DNA from: an uncultured Clostridia bacterium
GTDB lineage: Bacteria > Bacillota > Clostridia > TANB77 > CAG-508
DNA: 64,000 nucleotides
Direction: 5' to 3'
NCBI GenBank assembly: GCA_948524275.1
Contig: CAOSLI010000001.1
Coordinates: forward strand, 329,198-393,197
Part shown: piece after piece, positions 1 to 9,351 of the stretch
Position numbering within the stretch: the stretch's first letter is position 1
Layout of the letters: every line of letters starts with the position of its first letter
Position numbers and translations under genes: made by a program
Notes under the pieces: generated by a model
Told to the model about the DNA's origin: nothing
Databases searched by the model: none
Seen by the model: only the letters and a program-made list of their open reading frames with translations

Positions 1-1334
1 TTAAGTATGCGGCGGTAACAACGACTGATGGCGTAAAATACTTAAAAGGCGCTCCTGACATTATCATAAATGGATGCAATAGCTACATTGACAAGGACGG
101 TAACAAGAACGTTCTTACAGATGATGTCATGGCTAAGCTGAAAGAAACATGGAATGCACAAACTGAACGTGCAATGCGTGTCATTGCTATCGTGAAAGAA
201 TGTGAGGAAGAGAAGACCTTTGTCGCTTTTGTTTCTATCAGAGATGATGTCCGCAAGGATGTTCTGGGGTCTGTTAACAAGATGTTAAAGGCAGGAGTCA
301 AAGTCACAATGGTAACTGGCGACGTTCTTGCAACAGCAAGAGCCATAGCAATTGAGGCTGGACTGGTTGACAAACCAACAGATATTTGCATTACTCATGA
401 AGAGTTGGCGAAAATGTCTGACGAAGAGCTTATCAAGGCGCTTCCTAATTTAAAGGTTGTTGCCAGAGCGATTCCGTCCGACAAGGAAAGACTCGTTGAA
501 GTAAGTCGCTCGATTGGAGAAGTTGTCGGCATGACTGGTGACGGCGTAAACGATGCAGCGGCATTACACAAATCCGATGTAGGGTTTGCGATGGGAAGTG
601 GCACTGAGGTTGCAAAAGAGGCAGGCGATATCATCATCTTGAATGATAGCTTAACTTCTATTGCAGATGCAATTATGTACGGACGTACAATGAGCAAGTC
701 CGTTAAGAAGTTTATCATTTTCCAATTGACGGTAAATGTAAGTACAGTATTTACTGCTGTACTCGGTCCTATCCTTGGTTGGACTGAGGTGTTCACAATT
801 GTTCAGATTCTTTGGATCAACATGATTATGGACACTTTGGCAGCTATTGCGTTTGGACAGGAGCCGGCAAGAGAAAGCTACATGAGGGAAAAGCCTATTG
901 CTCGTACTGCGGATATTCTGAATGGATATCTGAAGAGCAGTATTTTGGTAGGTGGTGTATTTATTACCATCATCTGCTTAGGAATTCTGAAGAACCTTTG
1001 TGGCGTTCACAACTTGATTGGAAGCACGGATATGGATGTTATCAGAACTTTCATGTTTGCTACCTTTATCATGGCTATCATTTGGAACAGCCTTAATGCC
1101 AGAACTGAGAGTATGAAGCTGTTTGAACATATTGCAGAAAACCGTAATTTTATTTTGGTTATGTCTGCGGTAGCGATAATTCAGGTAATTATCATTCAGG
1201 TTGGCGGAAAGGTATTTGGAACCACTCCGTTAAGTATCGGAAATTGGCTTGCAGTTATTCTCATTGCCGTTATGATTATTCCTATTGATCTTATTCGTAA
1301 GGTCATTGTGAAGAAAATGGGAATGAAGGAATAA
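1..1334 (+). CDS. P-type cation-transporting ATPase, C-terminal portion (gene start upstream of window)
   Basis: Frame of ORF 129..1334 is open back to base 1; translation contains KGAPDII and MTGDGVNDAAAL (P-type ATPase hinge motif) followed by several C-terminal TM helices; stop at 1332-1334. Confidence 0.85.
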   Translation, partial: KYAAVTTTDGVKYLKGAPDIIINGCNSYIDKDGNKNVLTDDVMAKLKETWNAQTERAMRVIAIVKECEEEKTFVAFVSIRDDVRKDVLGSVNKMLKAGVKVTMVTGDVLATARAIAIEAGLVDKPTDICITHEELAKMSDEELIKALPNLKVVARAIPSDKERLVEVSRSIGEVVGMTGDGVNDAAALHKSDVGFAMGSGTEVAKEAGDIIILNDSLTSIADAIMYGRTMSKSVKKFIIFQLTVNVSTVFTAVLGPILGWTEVFTIVQILWINMIMDTLAAIAFGQEPARESYMREKPIARTADILNGYLKSSILVGGVFITIICLGILKNLCGVHNLIGSTDMDVIRTFMFATFIMAIIWNSLNARTESMKLFEHIAENRNFILVMSAVAIIQVIIIQVGGKVFGTTPLSIGNWLAVILIAVMIIPIDLIRKVIVKKMGMKE

Positions 1335-1370
1335 TTGTCTATTCAATTAAAAAACAATAAAACATAAAGA

Positions 1371-1414
1371 AATCCCAGTTGATGCAATTGCATCAGCTGG
1401 GATTTTTTCTTTTA
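1371..1414 (+). terminator. Rho-independent terminator after ATPase gene
   Basis: Perfect inverted repeat aatcccagttgatgcaa/ttgcatcagctgggatt followed by T6. Confidence 0.8.
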
Positions 1415-1521
1415 TACAGATTGATAAAGGCACCCAAAAAATTGATTGGATTTAATTGAAAAAAATGGATATTCTTGATATAATGTGTAAAATTAAATAT
1501 TGAGAAAGGAGAACTGTATAG

Positions 1522-2367
1522 ATGGATAAAAACAAATTAGAAACAATTTCAAATCTTTTTGAAGGAAAAGAAATAAGAAGTGTTTGGGATAGTGAAAAAG
1601 AAGATTATTATTTCAGTGTGGTTGATATTGTTGGTGCATTGACGGATAGTAAAGTACCTAAAAGATAAATGAAATCTCAAAAAGATGGAAAAAAATATAT
1701 AGCTGATACATTAGATACACAAGGAATATTAAGACTAATTGAATCAATACCAAGTCCAAAAGCAGAGCCTTTTAAGATGTGGTTAGCACAGATGGGAAAA
1801 GAAAGAATAGATGAAGATGCTTATTTAGAATATTGTGGATTTTTAAAGGAAGAGTATAATTCAAAAATGTCTAAAGAAGAAATTAAAAAACTAAGGTATC
1901 AAATAGCTGATAATTATTTAAAAACAGTAATTGATTATAAACAAGATGCAGAAAGGGTATTAAAGTATTTAAAACAAAAATCATTTACATTAGCTATTGC
2001 AAGTACCACAAACGACCATACTATAGAGATTTATAAGAAAGAAAATCAAAATATAATAAATAAAGCAAACATTGAAGATATATTTACATTAGTATATTCA
2101 AAAGGTGCAGTTAAAGAATTAAAGCTAAGTCCAGAAATACATTACAAAATATTGAAAGAATTAGATGTAAATAAAGAAGAGTGCTTGATAATAGAGGATT
2201 CACTGATTGGAGTAGAAGCTGCTAATAATGCAGGTATAGAAGTAGCAACAATATATGATAAGTATTCAGATTTTAATAGAGAAGAAATTAACAAATTATC
2301 ACAATATCAATTCAAAGATTATAACCAAATGTTAAGATATATGAAAGATGAACTGGAGGATAATTAA
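1522..2367 (+). pseudogene. Chimeric remnant: Bro-N (phage antirepressor-like) N-terminal domain interrupted by in-frame TAA, fused to C-terminal half of a HAD-family hydrolase
   Basis: ATG 1522 (frame 1) encodes FEGKEIRSVWDSEKEDYYFSVVDIVGALTDS then TAA at 1666-1668. The same frame continues at ATG 1669 with ILRLIESIPSPKAEPFKMWL (Bro-N consensus), then HAD motifs II-IV (LAIASTT; K..P; EDSLIGVEAANNAG) but no motif I DxDGT. Confidence 0.55.
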
Positions 2368-2765
2368 TGAAAGAAATTGATAAAATCGCACTACTATATG
2401 TAAAAGATGGACAAATATTAAGCACATTATCTAAAGGAAAAGATACGTATTATATACCAGGAGGCAAGAGAGAACTACATGAAACAGATCAGCAAACTTT
2501 AATTAGAGAGTGTAAAGAAGAATTAACTATTGATATTAAAGAAGATACTATAAAATATTATGGAACATTTAAAGCACAGGCACATGGAAAAGCAGAAGGA
2601 ATAATAGTTAAAATGACTTGCTATATGGCTGAATTTATAGGAGAAATAAAAGCAAATTCAGAAATTCAAGAAATAAGGTGGCTAAATTATAGCAATATAG
2701 ATATAATATCACCAGTAGATAAACTTATATTTAAAGATTTATATGAAAAGGGAATTTTAAAATAA
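2367..2765 (+). CDS. NUDIX hydrolase
   Basis: Nudix box GGKRELHETDQQTLIRECKEELTI (GX5EX7REUXEEXGU); start overlaps previous stop (ATGA). Confidence 0.8.
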   Translation: MKEIDKIALLYVKDGQILSTLSKGKDTYYIPGGKRELHETDQQTLIRECKEELTIDIKEDTIKYYGTFKAQAHGKAEGIIVKMTCYMAEFIGEIKANSEIQEIRWLNYSNIDIISPVDKLIFKDLYEKGILK

Positions 2766-2785
2766 GGTAGGACGGAGAAAATAAT

Positions 2786-3253
2786 ATGGAAATAGATGGT
2801 GACATGAAGTATTCTTTTAGAAATTGCACATTAGATGATTTTGACTTTTTATTTCAACTTAAAAAACAAAATTTTAAAAAGTATGTAGACAAGTTTTGGC
2901 AGTGGGATGATGAAGAGCAAAAGCAGAGATTGAGAAAAGATTTAGAAGAGCATTTACCTCATAAAAAAATTATTGTAGTGAACAATAAAATGATTGGAGT
3001 ATATGCAGTACATATAACAGAAGATGGTGATTTATATATAAATGAAATTAGCATTTTAAAGGAATATCAAAACAAGGGTATAGGAAGAAAAATTCTAGAA
3101 AAGCAATTAGAGGAAAATGATAAAAAGAAAATGAGAACTGTATTACAAGTATTTAAAGGAAATTCAGCAAAGAATTTATATGAAAAACTCGGATTTAAAG
3201 TATATGGTGAGACCGAATCACATTATCAAATGGAAAAAGTAATAAAGGAATAG
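2786..3253 (+). CDS. GNAT family N-acetyltransferase
   Basis: 155 aa; acetyl-CoA binding-like QNKGIGRKILEK motif, typical GNAT size. Confidence 0.65.
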   Translation: MEIDGDMKYSFRNCTLDDFDFLFQLKKQNFKKYVDKFWQWDDEEQKQRLRKDLEEHLPHKKIIVVNNKMIGVYAVHITEDGDLYINEISILKEYQNKGIGRKILEKQLEENDKKKMRTVLQVFKGNSAKNLYEKLGFKVYGETESHYQMEKVIKE

Positions 3254-3258
3254 AAGAT

Positions 3259-4071
3259 ATGACATATCATTTTTTATGTAATAAGTTAGTAAAAGAATAT
3301 GAAAATAGTAAAAGTATTGATAATACAATTAAAAAATATATAGAAAACAATTATGAAATTTTAAATGAAATCTATTTTAAACCAAAGAAAATAGATAATG
3401 ATAAAATTGAAGATATTGTAACATGCAATAAATATATAGAAATGATATTAAATACAATTACAAATTTAAAAGATATAAATTTGAATAATATGTTTGAAAA
3501 AATAGTAAGAGAGTTAGGAAACTTACTAGAATATAAAATTATTGATAGAGAGATATATGTTATTATTGGATTAAATACAACAACTATATACACGACAAAA
3601 TACCAAGATAAAGATATAACTGTTATATTACTAGAATCAACATTAGGAATAGAAGAAAATATTAAAATGCTACTTGCACATGAATATACGCATTGGGTTA
3701 GAGAAAAAGAAATTAAAGGTGATATATTTGAAAGTTGTGTTGGAGAAAGACTAATAACAGAGGGTATTGCGTGTAGTTTTTCAGAAGAAATAGTTCCTGA
3801 AAAACCAATAGATTATTATTGTATTGTACCAAATGAAACAGTAAAATGGGTTGAGGATAATATTTATTTGTTAGATAATATGCTAAAAAATCACTTAGAG
3901 AAAAAGGATATGATTTATGACCTATTTTACATGTTTGCAAAAACAACAATACCTAATATGCCAGTAAGAACAGGATATGTTTATGGGTATCTAAAAGTAA
4001 AAGAGTATATGAAAAATAATAATTTGAAAATAAAAGATATTGTTAAAATAGACTGGAGAATGATAATATGA
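3259..4071 (+). CDS. Hypothetical protein with HExxH motif (DUF2268-like putative zinc-dependent peptidase)
   Basis: 270 aa; LLAHEYTHWVRE (HExxH) with downstream E; overlaps next gene by 4 nt. Confidence 0.45.
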   Translation: MTYHFLCNKLVKEYENSKSIDNTIKKYIENNYEILNEIYFKPKKIDNDKIEDIVTCNKYIEMILNTITNLKDINLNNMFEKIVRELGNLLEYKIIDREIYVIIGLNTTTIYTTKYQDKDITVILLESTLGIEENIKMLLAHEYTHWVREKEIKGDIFESCVGERLITEGIACSFSEEIVPEKPIDYYCIVPNETVKWVEDNIYLLDNMLKNHLEKKDMIYDLFYMFAKTTIPNMPVRTGYVYGYLKVKEYMKNNNLKIKDIVKIDWRMII

Positions 4072-4748
4072 TAGATGAAATAAAGAAACAAGTAAATGAG
4101 TTGTTGATGAATGATAATTCAGGACATGGAATGGAACATATAAATAGAGTTTTAGAATTATCATTAAGATTTGCTAAAGTAGAAAATGCAAATAAAGATA
4201 TTGTTGCTTTAATTGCATTACTTCATGATGTAGATGATTACAAATTGTTTGGAATGGACTATGCAGAAAATTTGACAAATGCTAAGAAAATTATGAATAA
4301 TTGTAATATAGAGAAAAGTATGCAGGAACAAGTATGCTTAGCTCTTAAGAATATAGGATATAGTAAAAGGTTAAAAGGATGTTGCCCTACAACTATTGAG
4401 GGAAAAGTTGTATCTGATGCAGATATGTGCGATGCTTTAGGTGTTAATGGTATCTTAAGAGTATATACATATAGCATGAAAAATGGCAAACCATTCTTTG
4501 ATAAAAATATTTTTCCAATAGAGAATATATCTGCTGATAATTATACAAGAAAATGTGCAGATAGTAGTGTTTGTCATATATTTGAAAAGATTTTAAAACT
4601 GAAAGATTTAATGCTTACTGCTTCTGGTAAGGAAGAGGCAATGGATAGACATAAAATTGTTGTTGATATCTTATATCACTTATTTGCAGAAGAAAATGTA
4701 CCAGAGTGGACTGAATATTTAGATAATTACTTAAAAAGAAAATATTGA
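4068..4748 (+). CDS. HD domain phosphohydrolase
   Basis: MEHINRVLELS...LIALLHDVDDYKLF (H...HD motif). Confidence 0.7.
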   Translation: MIDEIKKQVNELLMNDNSGHGMEHINRVLELSLRFAKVENANKDIVALIALLHDVDDYKLFGMDYAENLTNAKKIMNNCNIEKSMQEQVCLALKNIGYSKRLKGCCPTTIEGKVVSDADMCDALGVNGILRVYTYSMKNGKPFFDKNIFPIENISADNYTRKCADSSVCHIFEKILKLKDLMLTASGKEEAMDRHKIVVDILYHLFAEENVPEWTEYLDNYLKRKY

Positions 4749-4860
4749 CAGTGAATATAAAATGTTATAAAATACAAACATAAGTTTATAATAATATATG
4801 CAATTTATAAGTAGAAATATATGTAGTAAGAACAAAATTTATAGAAAAGGAAGTGTTCTT

Positions 4861-5874
4861 ATGAATGAAAATGAATTAAACTTTAGTGAAATCGTTAAGA
4901 TGATTGAAACAAGAAGAAGTAATGCTTATAAAAAAGTGAATGAAGAATTAATATCTTTGTATTGGGACTTTGGAAAATACATAAGTGAGAAAGTAAATGA
5001 TGCTAACTGGGGTGAAAAAATTGTTGACAAGCTCGTTGAATTTATGAAAAGGGAATATCCTACAATGAAAGGATTTAACAGAGCAGGGATATACAGAATG
5101 AAGCAATTTTATGAAACATATAAGGATAGCGAAATTGTCGCTCCACTGGTGAGACAAATTAGTTGGTCACACAATGTTATGATTTTAGGAGCTACTAATA
5201 GTATTGAAGAAAAAGAATTTTATATAAGAATGTGTATAAAGAATAATTATTCAAAAAGAGAGTTAAATAGACAATTATCAAGTGGATATTTCTATAGATA
5301 TATGTTATCAGATGGAAAAGCGAATCAAAGCATAGCAAAAGTTACAGGAGAAGAAGACTATCCAAATACAAAATTATTAGATACATATAGTTTAGAATTT
5401 TTAGATTTACCCAGGAATTATTCAGAAAGAGATTTAAAAAAATCAATTATTTCTAATATGAAAGATTTTATATTAGAGATTGGAAAAGATTTTACTTTTG
5501 TTGGGGAAGAATATAGAATACAAGTTGGAAATCAAGATTTTTATATTGATTTATTATGTTACAATAGAACATTGAGCTGTCTAGTTGCATTTGAGTTAAA
5601 GATAGGTGAATTTCAGCCAGAATATATATCAAAAATGGATTTTTATTTAGAAGCATTAGATAGACAAGAAAAGAAAGAAAATGAAAATCCAAGTGTTGGA
5701 GTTATCTTATGTAGTGGAAAAAATGAACAGGTTGTTGAATATGCGATGAGCAGAAGTATGTCACCAACTATGGTATCACAATATTCTCTAAAATTGATTG
5801 ACAAAAAAATATTAGAAAATAAATTGAGAGAAATTGCAAATATAGTAGAAAATAATGAAGAAGAAAATGAATAA
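4861..5874 (+). CDS. YhcG/DUF1016-family PDDEXK nuclease
   Basis: N-terminal DUF1016-like region (ISLYWDFGKYISEKV) and C-terminal PD-(D/E)XK-like D...ELK (IDLLCYNRTLSCLVAFELKIGEF). Start chosen at ATG 4861, preceded by AAAGGAAG; the ORF track extends to 4798. Confidence 0.7.
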   Translation: MNENELNFSEIVKMIETRRSNAYKKVNEELISLYWDFGKYISEKVNDANWGEKIVDKLVEFMKREYPTMKGFNRAGIYRMKQFYETYKDSEIVAPLVRQISWSHNVMILGATNSIEEKEFYIRMCIKNNYSKRELNRQLSSGYFYRYMLSDGKANQSIAKVTGEEDYPNTKLLDTYSLEFLDLPRNYSERDLKKSIISNMKDFILEIGKDFTFVGEEYRIQVGNQDFYIDLLCYNRTLSCLVAFELKIGEFQPEYISKMDFYLEALDRQEKKENENPSVGVILCSGKNEQVVEYAMSRSMSPTMVSQYSLKLIDKKILENKLREIANIVENNEEENE

Positions 5875-5889
5875 AACAGAGGTAGAATT

Positions 5890-6282
5890 ATGGATAAAGA
5901 ATACAAAATAGAAGATGCAGAAAAGCATAGTAGTGACAAAGCATTTATGATGCAAGCGATAGATGATAAGGCATCGTGGGTATTAGCATATGCAGATGAA
6001 AAATTGTTAGCTGATAAAGAGTTGATATTAAATGCGGTAAAAGTAGATGGACAGGCATTATATTATGCAAGTAAGGAACTTAGAGATGATAAGGATGTAG
6101 TTTTAGAAGCGGTAAAGAATAAGTGGCTTATTGTGAAGTATGCAAGCAAGAGATTAAGAGCAGATAAAGATGTGGCAATAGCAGCAATTACAGCTAATAA
6201 AGATGCAGCAATTTATCTAACAGATGAGATACTTACAGACAAAGATGTAGATTTGATTTTAAATCCACCACAAGCTGAATAA
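5890..6282 (+). CDS. DUF4116 repeat protein
   Basis: Repeated LxAVKxxxxALxYAS..LRxDKDVxLxAV segments typical of DUF4116. Confidence 0.55.
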   Translation: MDKEYKIEDAEKHSSDKAFMMQAIDDKASWVLAYADEKLLADKELILNAVKVDGQALYYASKELRDDKDVVLEAVKNKWLIVKYASKRLRADKDVAIAAITANKDAAIYLTDEILTDKDVDLILNPPQAE

Positions 6283-6354
6283 TAAAAGAGATTTTAATTG
6301 AAAGATACAAGAAATGTTGCAAGATAATAGTTTAATGAATAGAGGAAAAATAAA

Positions 6355-6759
6355 ATGAAGTTTTATATTGGTTCAAGTTTTAAAAATTGTGGGGTAGTTA
6401 ATTATTTTACAAAAGTATTAACAGATAATGGATGGCAGAAAACTTACAATTGGGCAGAAAATATAAATAATAATGAGACTGTAGAAGATAAGATAGAGTA
6501 CTCTTTATTGGAGTTACAAGCTATTGCTGATTCTGATATTGTTATTGTATATTTACCAGCAGGAAAAGGAACTCATATTGAGTGGGGAATTGCATTAGCG
6601 TTAAATAAAAGAATTTATTTATGTGCTACTAATGAAGAAAATCTTCGATTTGAAAGTTCTGTTAATTTTTACGAATTACCACAAGTTAAGAAAATATTAG
6701 GTAATGATGCAGATGATATTATAAATCAGATAATAAAGAGTGAAAGAAATGAGGAGTAA
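6355..6759 (+). CDS. Nucleoside 2-deoxyribosyltransferase-like protein
   Basis: MKFYIGSSF N-terminus, SDIVIVYLPAGKGTHIEWGIALALNKRIY (catalytic E-containing block) fit NDT-like fold; weak. Confidence 0.4.
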   Translation: MKFYIGSSFKNCGVVNYFTKVLTDNGWQKTYNWAENINNNETVEDKIEYSLLELQAIADSDIVIVYLPAGKGTHIEWGIALALNKRIYLCATNEENLRFESSVNFYELPQVKKILGNDADDIINQIIKSERNEE

Positions 6760-6788
6760 TTGATGAAATCAAAAATAGGAGGTATTAT

Positions 6789-7133
6789 ATGAAAATAATA
6801 AAAAGCGAGAATGCTGTTAGAGGCAAAAATAGTGAAAAATGTAAAACACTTGAATATTCATTTGAAGACAAAGATATTGATTTAGGAGTTGAAATAATCA
6901 CTGGAAGATATCCAGAGAGTGGGTATTGTAAAAATCTTGTAAGTAAAGAATTAATATACGTACTTGAAGGAGATGGAACATTGTGCTTTGAAACTGAAAA
7001 TATACAATTTTCAGTAGGAGATGCTATTTTGATAGATAAAGATGAAAAGTATTATTATAATACTAATTACTGCAAAGTTTCTATGACATGCACTCCAGCA
7101 TGGACACAAGAACAACATATATTAGTGCAATAA
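6789..7133 (+). CDS. Cupin domain protein
   Basis: ELIYVLEGDGTLCFETENIQFSVGDAILIDKDEKY cupin barrel motifs. Confidence 0.55.
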   Translation: MKIIKSENAVRGKNSEKCKTLEYSFEDKDIDLGVEIITGRYPESGYCKNLVSKELIYVLEGDGTLCFETENIQFSVGDAILIDKDEKYYYNTNYCKVSMTCTPAWTQEQHILVQ

Positions 7134-7167
7134 AAGAATTTAATTATTTTTAAAGGAGGAAAAGGTT

Positions 7168-7425
7168 ATGGAAGAAAGAATAGTAAAACCTTTTACAATG
7201 TGGAGACATTTTAAAGGAACACATGCTATGGTAATTACAGTGGCAGAACATAGTGAAACAGGAGAGAAGATGGTTGTATATTACTGTATGGATAATGAAG
7301 GAAAGACAAATCATAAGGATGGTATTTATGCAAGACCATTACATATGTTCTTATCTGAGGTTGACCATGAAAAGTATCCAGATGTTAAACAAAAATATAG
7401 ATTTGAATTAGTAAAAGATCAATAG
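7168..7425 (+). CDS. DUF1653 domain protein
   Basis: MWRHFKGTHAMVITVAEHSETGEKMVVYY...GIYARPLHMF matches DUF1653 pattern. Confidence 0.6.
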   Translation: MEERIVKPFTMWRHFKGTHAMVITVAEHSETGEKMVVYYCMDNEGKTNHKDGIYARPLHMFLSEVDHEKYPDVKQKYRFELVKDQ

Positions 7426-7508
7426 AATAAGATTTATAGACAGATGATTTTGAATTATCTGTCTTTTATGTTATAATCATATTAACAAATTTTGAGAGGT
7501 GTTTAATA

Positions 7509-7580
7509 ATGAGTAAATATGAACCATTATGGAAGTATTTAAGAGATAATAAGAAAAAAAACTATAAATTAGTTTTATAA
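7509..7580 (+). CDS. Short 23-aa ORF (MSKYEPLWKYLRDNKKKNYKLVL), probable N-terminal remnant of a larger gene
   Basis: GAGAGG RBS 8 nt upstream of ATG; sequence resembles a conserved N-terminus but stops after 23 codons. Confidence 0.25.
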   Translation: MSKYEPLWKYLRDNKKKNYKLVL

Positions 7581-7599
7581 ATTTATAGGAGGTTTTAGC

Positions 7600-8034
7600 A
7601 TGAATAAAAATTATGTAGTAATAATGTTGTTTAATAAAAATTGTGATAAATTGTTATTAGTCAGGAGAAACAAGAGACCTTATAAAAATTGTTGGAATGG
7701 AATTGGTGGAAAAATTGAGGAAAATGAGACTCCTATTGAAGCTGCTAAAAGAGAATGTATGGAAGAAACCAATATTGCTATGCAAAATCCAAAACTTTTG
7801 GTAACATATATATATCCTGAAACAAATATAATGAATAGTAATACAAAATTAAATGTCATATATGATTTTGTTCAAGAAGTAGCAGTTAACGACAATGATG
7901 AAGGACATTATGAGTGGAGAAATGTTGAATTTGTTATGGATACTTACAATCAAGAAATTGCAGGACTGTCAAACTTAAATCAATTTGTTAAAGAAATTTT
8001 TGATTTAGAGAATATTAAAAAGTTTTATGAATAG
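7600..8034 (+). CDS. NUDIX hydrolase
   Basis: Nudix box GIGGKIEENETPIEAAKRECMEETNI. Confidence 0.8.
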   Translation: MNKNYVVIMLFNKNCDKLLLVRRNKRPYKNCWNGIGGKIEENETPIEAAKRECMEETNIAMQNPKLLVTYIYPETNIMNSNTKLNVIYDFVQEVAVNDNDEGHYEWRNVEFVMDTYNQEIAGLSNLNQFVKEIFDLENIKKFYE

Positions 8035-8109
8035 TAAAGATGATTTTTGAATAATTTTATTAAAATAAAATTAAGACAATACTTTTCAAGATAGTATTGT
8101 CTTTTAGTA

Positions 8110-9066
8110 TTACAAGTTAATAATCTTTTCTATAATTTCTATATCTTCTATTTTGTTAATTCCAAAACACTTCTTTCCTAAATCTTTTATAGAAGCTCCT
8201 AAATGATACATCTCTTTATTATCTATTATAATAAACCTATCATGAAATTTATTCGTTTTAGCAACTTTAAGAATAGGATATTCTTTATTGAATTTTTTAA
8301 CATCTAAATTTTCAATATTGGTTTTATCCGATGTTAAAATAACAACTTCCACATTGATGTTCTTTTTAGCTAACATTTTCAAAACACTGTCATCAACATA
8401 ATTGTCTATAATTAAAATCTTATTATTTGCTCTTTTTATAATATCTATGATTAAGCTATAAGCATCATATATTTGACCATCAAAAAATATTCTCTGTTTA
8501 ATATTTTCTTCTAATTGTAATTGATTAAAGACTTCATCAAATTTTTTATCATGTTCTAATAATTTGTATTCCATACTTGTTAATCTTTCAAAGACCTGTC
8601 CATTAATCATTAAAAATTTTCTCATTTCAACAAAAGCATCCATAATATTTATACTTACTTGAATAGCTATATCATTTTTTAATAGTCCTGATAACATAGC
8701 AATTCCTTGCTCTGTAAAAGCATAAGGTAGATATTTACGATGCTTACCTCTACCTATATTTTCGTTTAAGGTCGCAAATTGCGACCTTAAAGAATTATCA
8801 ATATTCTCTTGTATAGTATCTGGGTTTAAGGTGACATTTTGGCACCTTAAAGCTTCATATTCTTTATCTGTTAATTGAAAACAGAAATTTTTTGGAAATC
8901 TTTGTTTATTTCTATTCACAGTTTCATTTATTCTTTTAGTAGGATAATGATACAACATTGCAACATCACTATCTAACATAACTTGTTTTCCTCTTATAGT
9001 ATATATTAAATTTTTGATATCATCATTATTTAATTCATATTGAATTGTTAATTTATTTTCTTCCAT
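8110..9066 (-). CDS. ORF6N-domain (KilA-N-like, phage antirepressor-type) protein
   Basis: IYTIRGKQVMLDSDVAMLYHYPTKRINETVNRNKQRFPKNFCFQLT ... GRGKHRKYLPYAFTEQGIAMLSGLLKNDIAIQVSINIMDAFVEMR matches ORF6N consensus; contains an in-frame 20-aa tandem duplication. Confidence 0.75.
   Translation of the reverse strand: MEENKLTIQYELNNDDIKNLIYTIRGKQVMLDSDVAMLYHYPTKRINETVNRNKQRFPKNFCFQLTDKEYEALRCQNVTLNPDTIQENIDNSLRSQFATLNENIGRGKHRKYLPYAFTEQGIAMLSGLLKNDIAIQVSINIMDAFVEMRKFLMINGQVFERLTSMEYKLLEHDKKFDEVFNQLQLEENIKQRIFFDGQIYDAYSLIIDIIKRANNKILIIDNYVDDSVLKMLAKKNINVEVVILTSDKTNIENLDVKKFNKEYPILKVAKTNKFHDRFIIIDNKEMYHLGASIKDLGKKCFGINKIEDIEIIEKIINL
8761..8880. repeat. Two tandem about 60-bp units, each carrying a 27-bp palindrome, inside the ORF6N CDS
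   Basis: Palindromes TTTAAGGTCGCAAATTGCGACCTTAAA (8765-8791) and TTTAAGGTGACATTTTGGCACCTTAAA (8825-8851). On the minus strand they encode LRSQFATLN and LRCQNVTLN. Confidence 0.7.
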
Positions 9067-9203
9067 AAAATCACATCCTTATACTAAATTACAGATATTT
9101 TAGCATATTATGATTTATAATTATGTCGAAATTTGTCGAGAACAAAAATATTTTTTAAATAAAAAAACTTACGATGCTAATTGCATTTCGTAAGTTTTTA
9201 CGG

Positions 9204-9279
9204 TGGAGCCTATAACGGGAATCAAACCCGTGACCTCATCCTTACCAAGGATGCACTCTATCGACTGAGCTATATAGGC
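9204..9279 (-). tRNA. tRNA-Thr (anticodon GGU)
   Basis: Reverse complement folds as a cloverleaf: acceptor GCCTATA/TATAGGC, D-stem GCTC/GAGT, anticodon stem CATCC/GGATG with loop TTGGTAA, T-stem ACGGG/CCCGT, 3' CCA encoded. Confidence 0.9.
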
Positions 9280-9351
9280 ATATAAATTGACTTAACATAT
9301 TAGAATAAATTATATTATTATACTAAACAAATAAAATTGGCAATCTAAATT

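Noticed and set aside
83-796. Minus-strand ORFs 83..391 and 395..796 (and many similar antisense ORFs: 26336..26998, 34726..35223, 36004..36420, 62615..63340)
   Set aside because: Lie entirely antisense within well-supported conserved CDSs (ATPase, TGase-like, pnp, mreB). Low-complexity S/I/L-rich translations typical of AT-rich antisense frames
9280-9351. Integrase or attachment site at tRNA-Thr
   Set aside because: No tyrosine/serine recombinase ORF on either side. Only the ORF6N gene is adjacent, so an active integrative element cannot be supported
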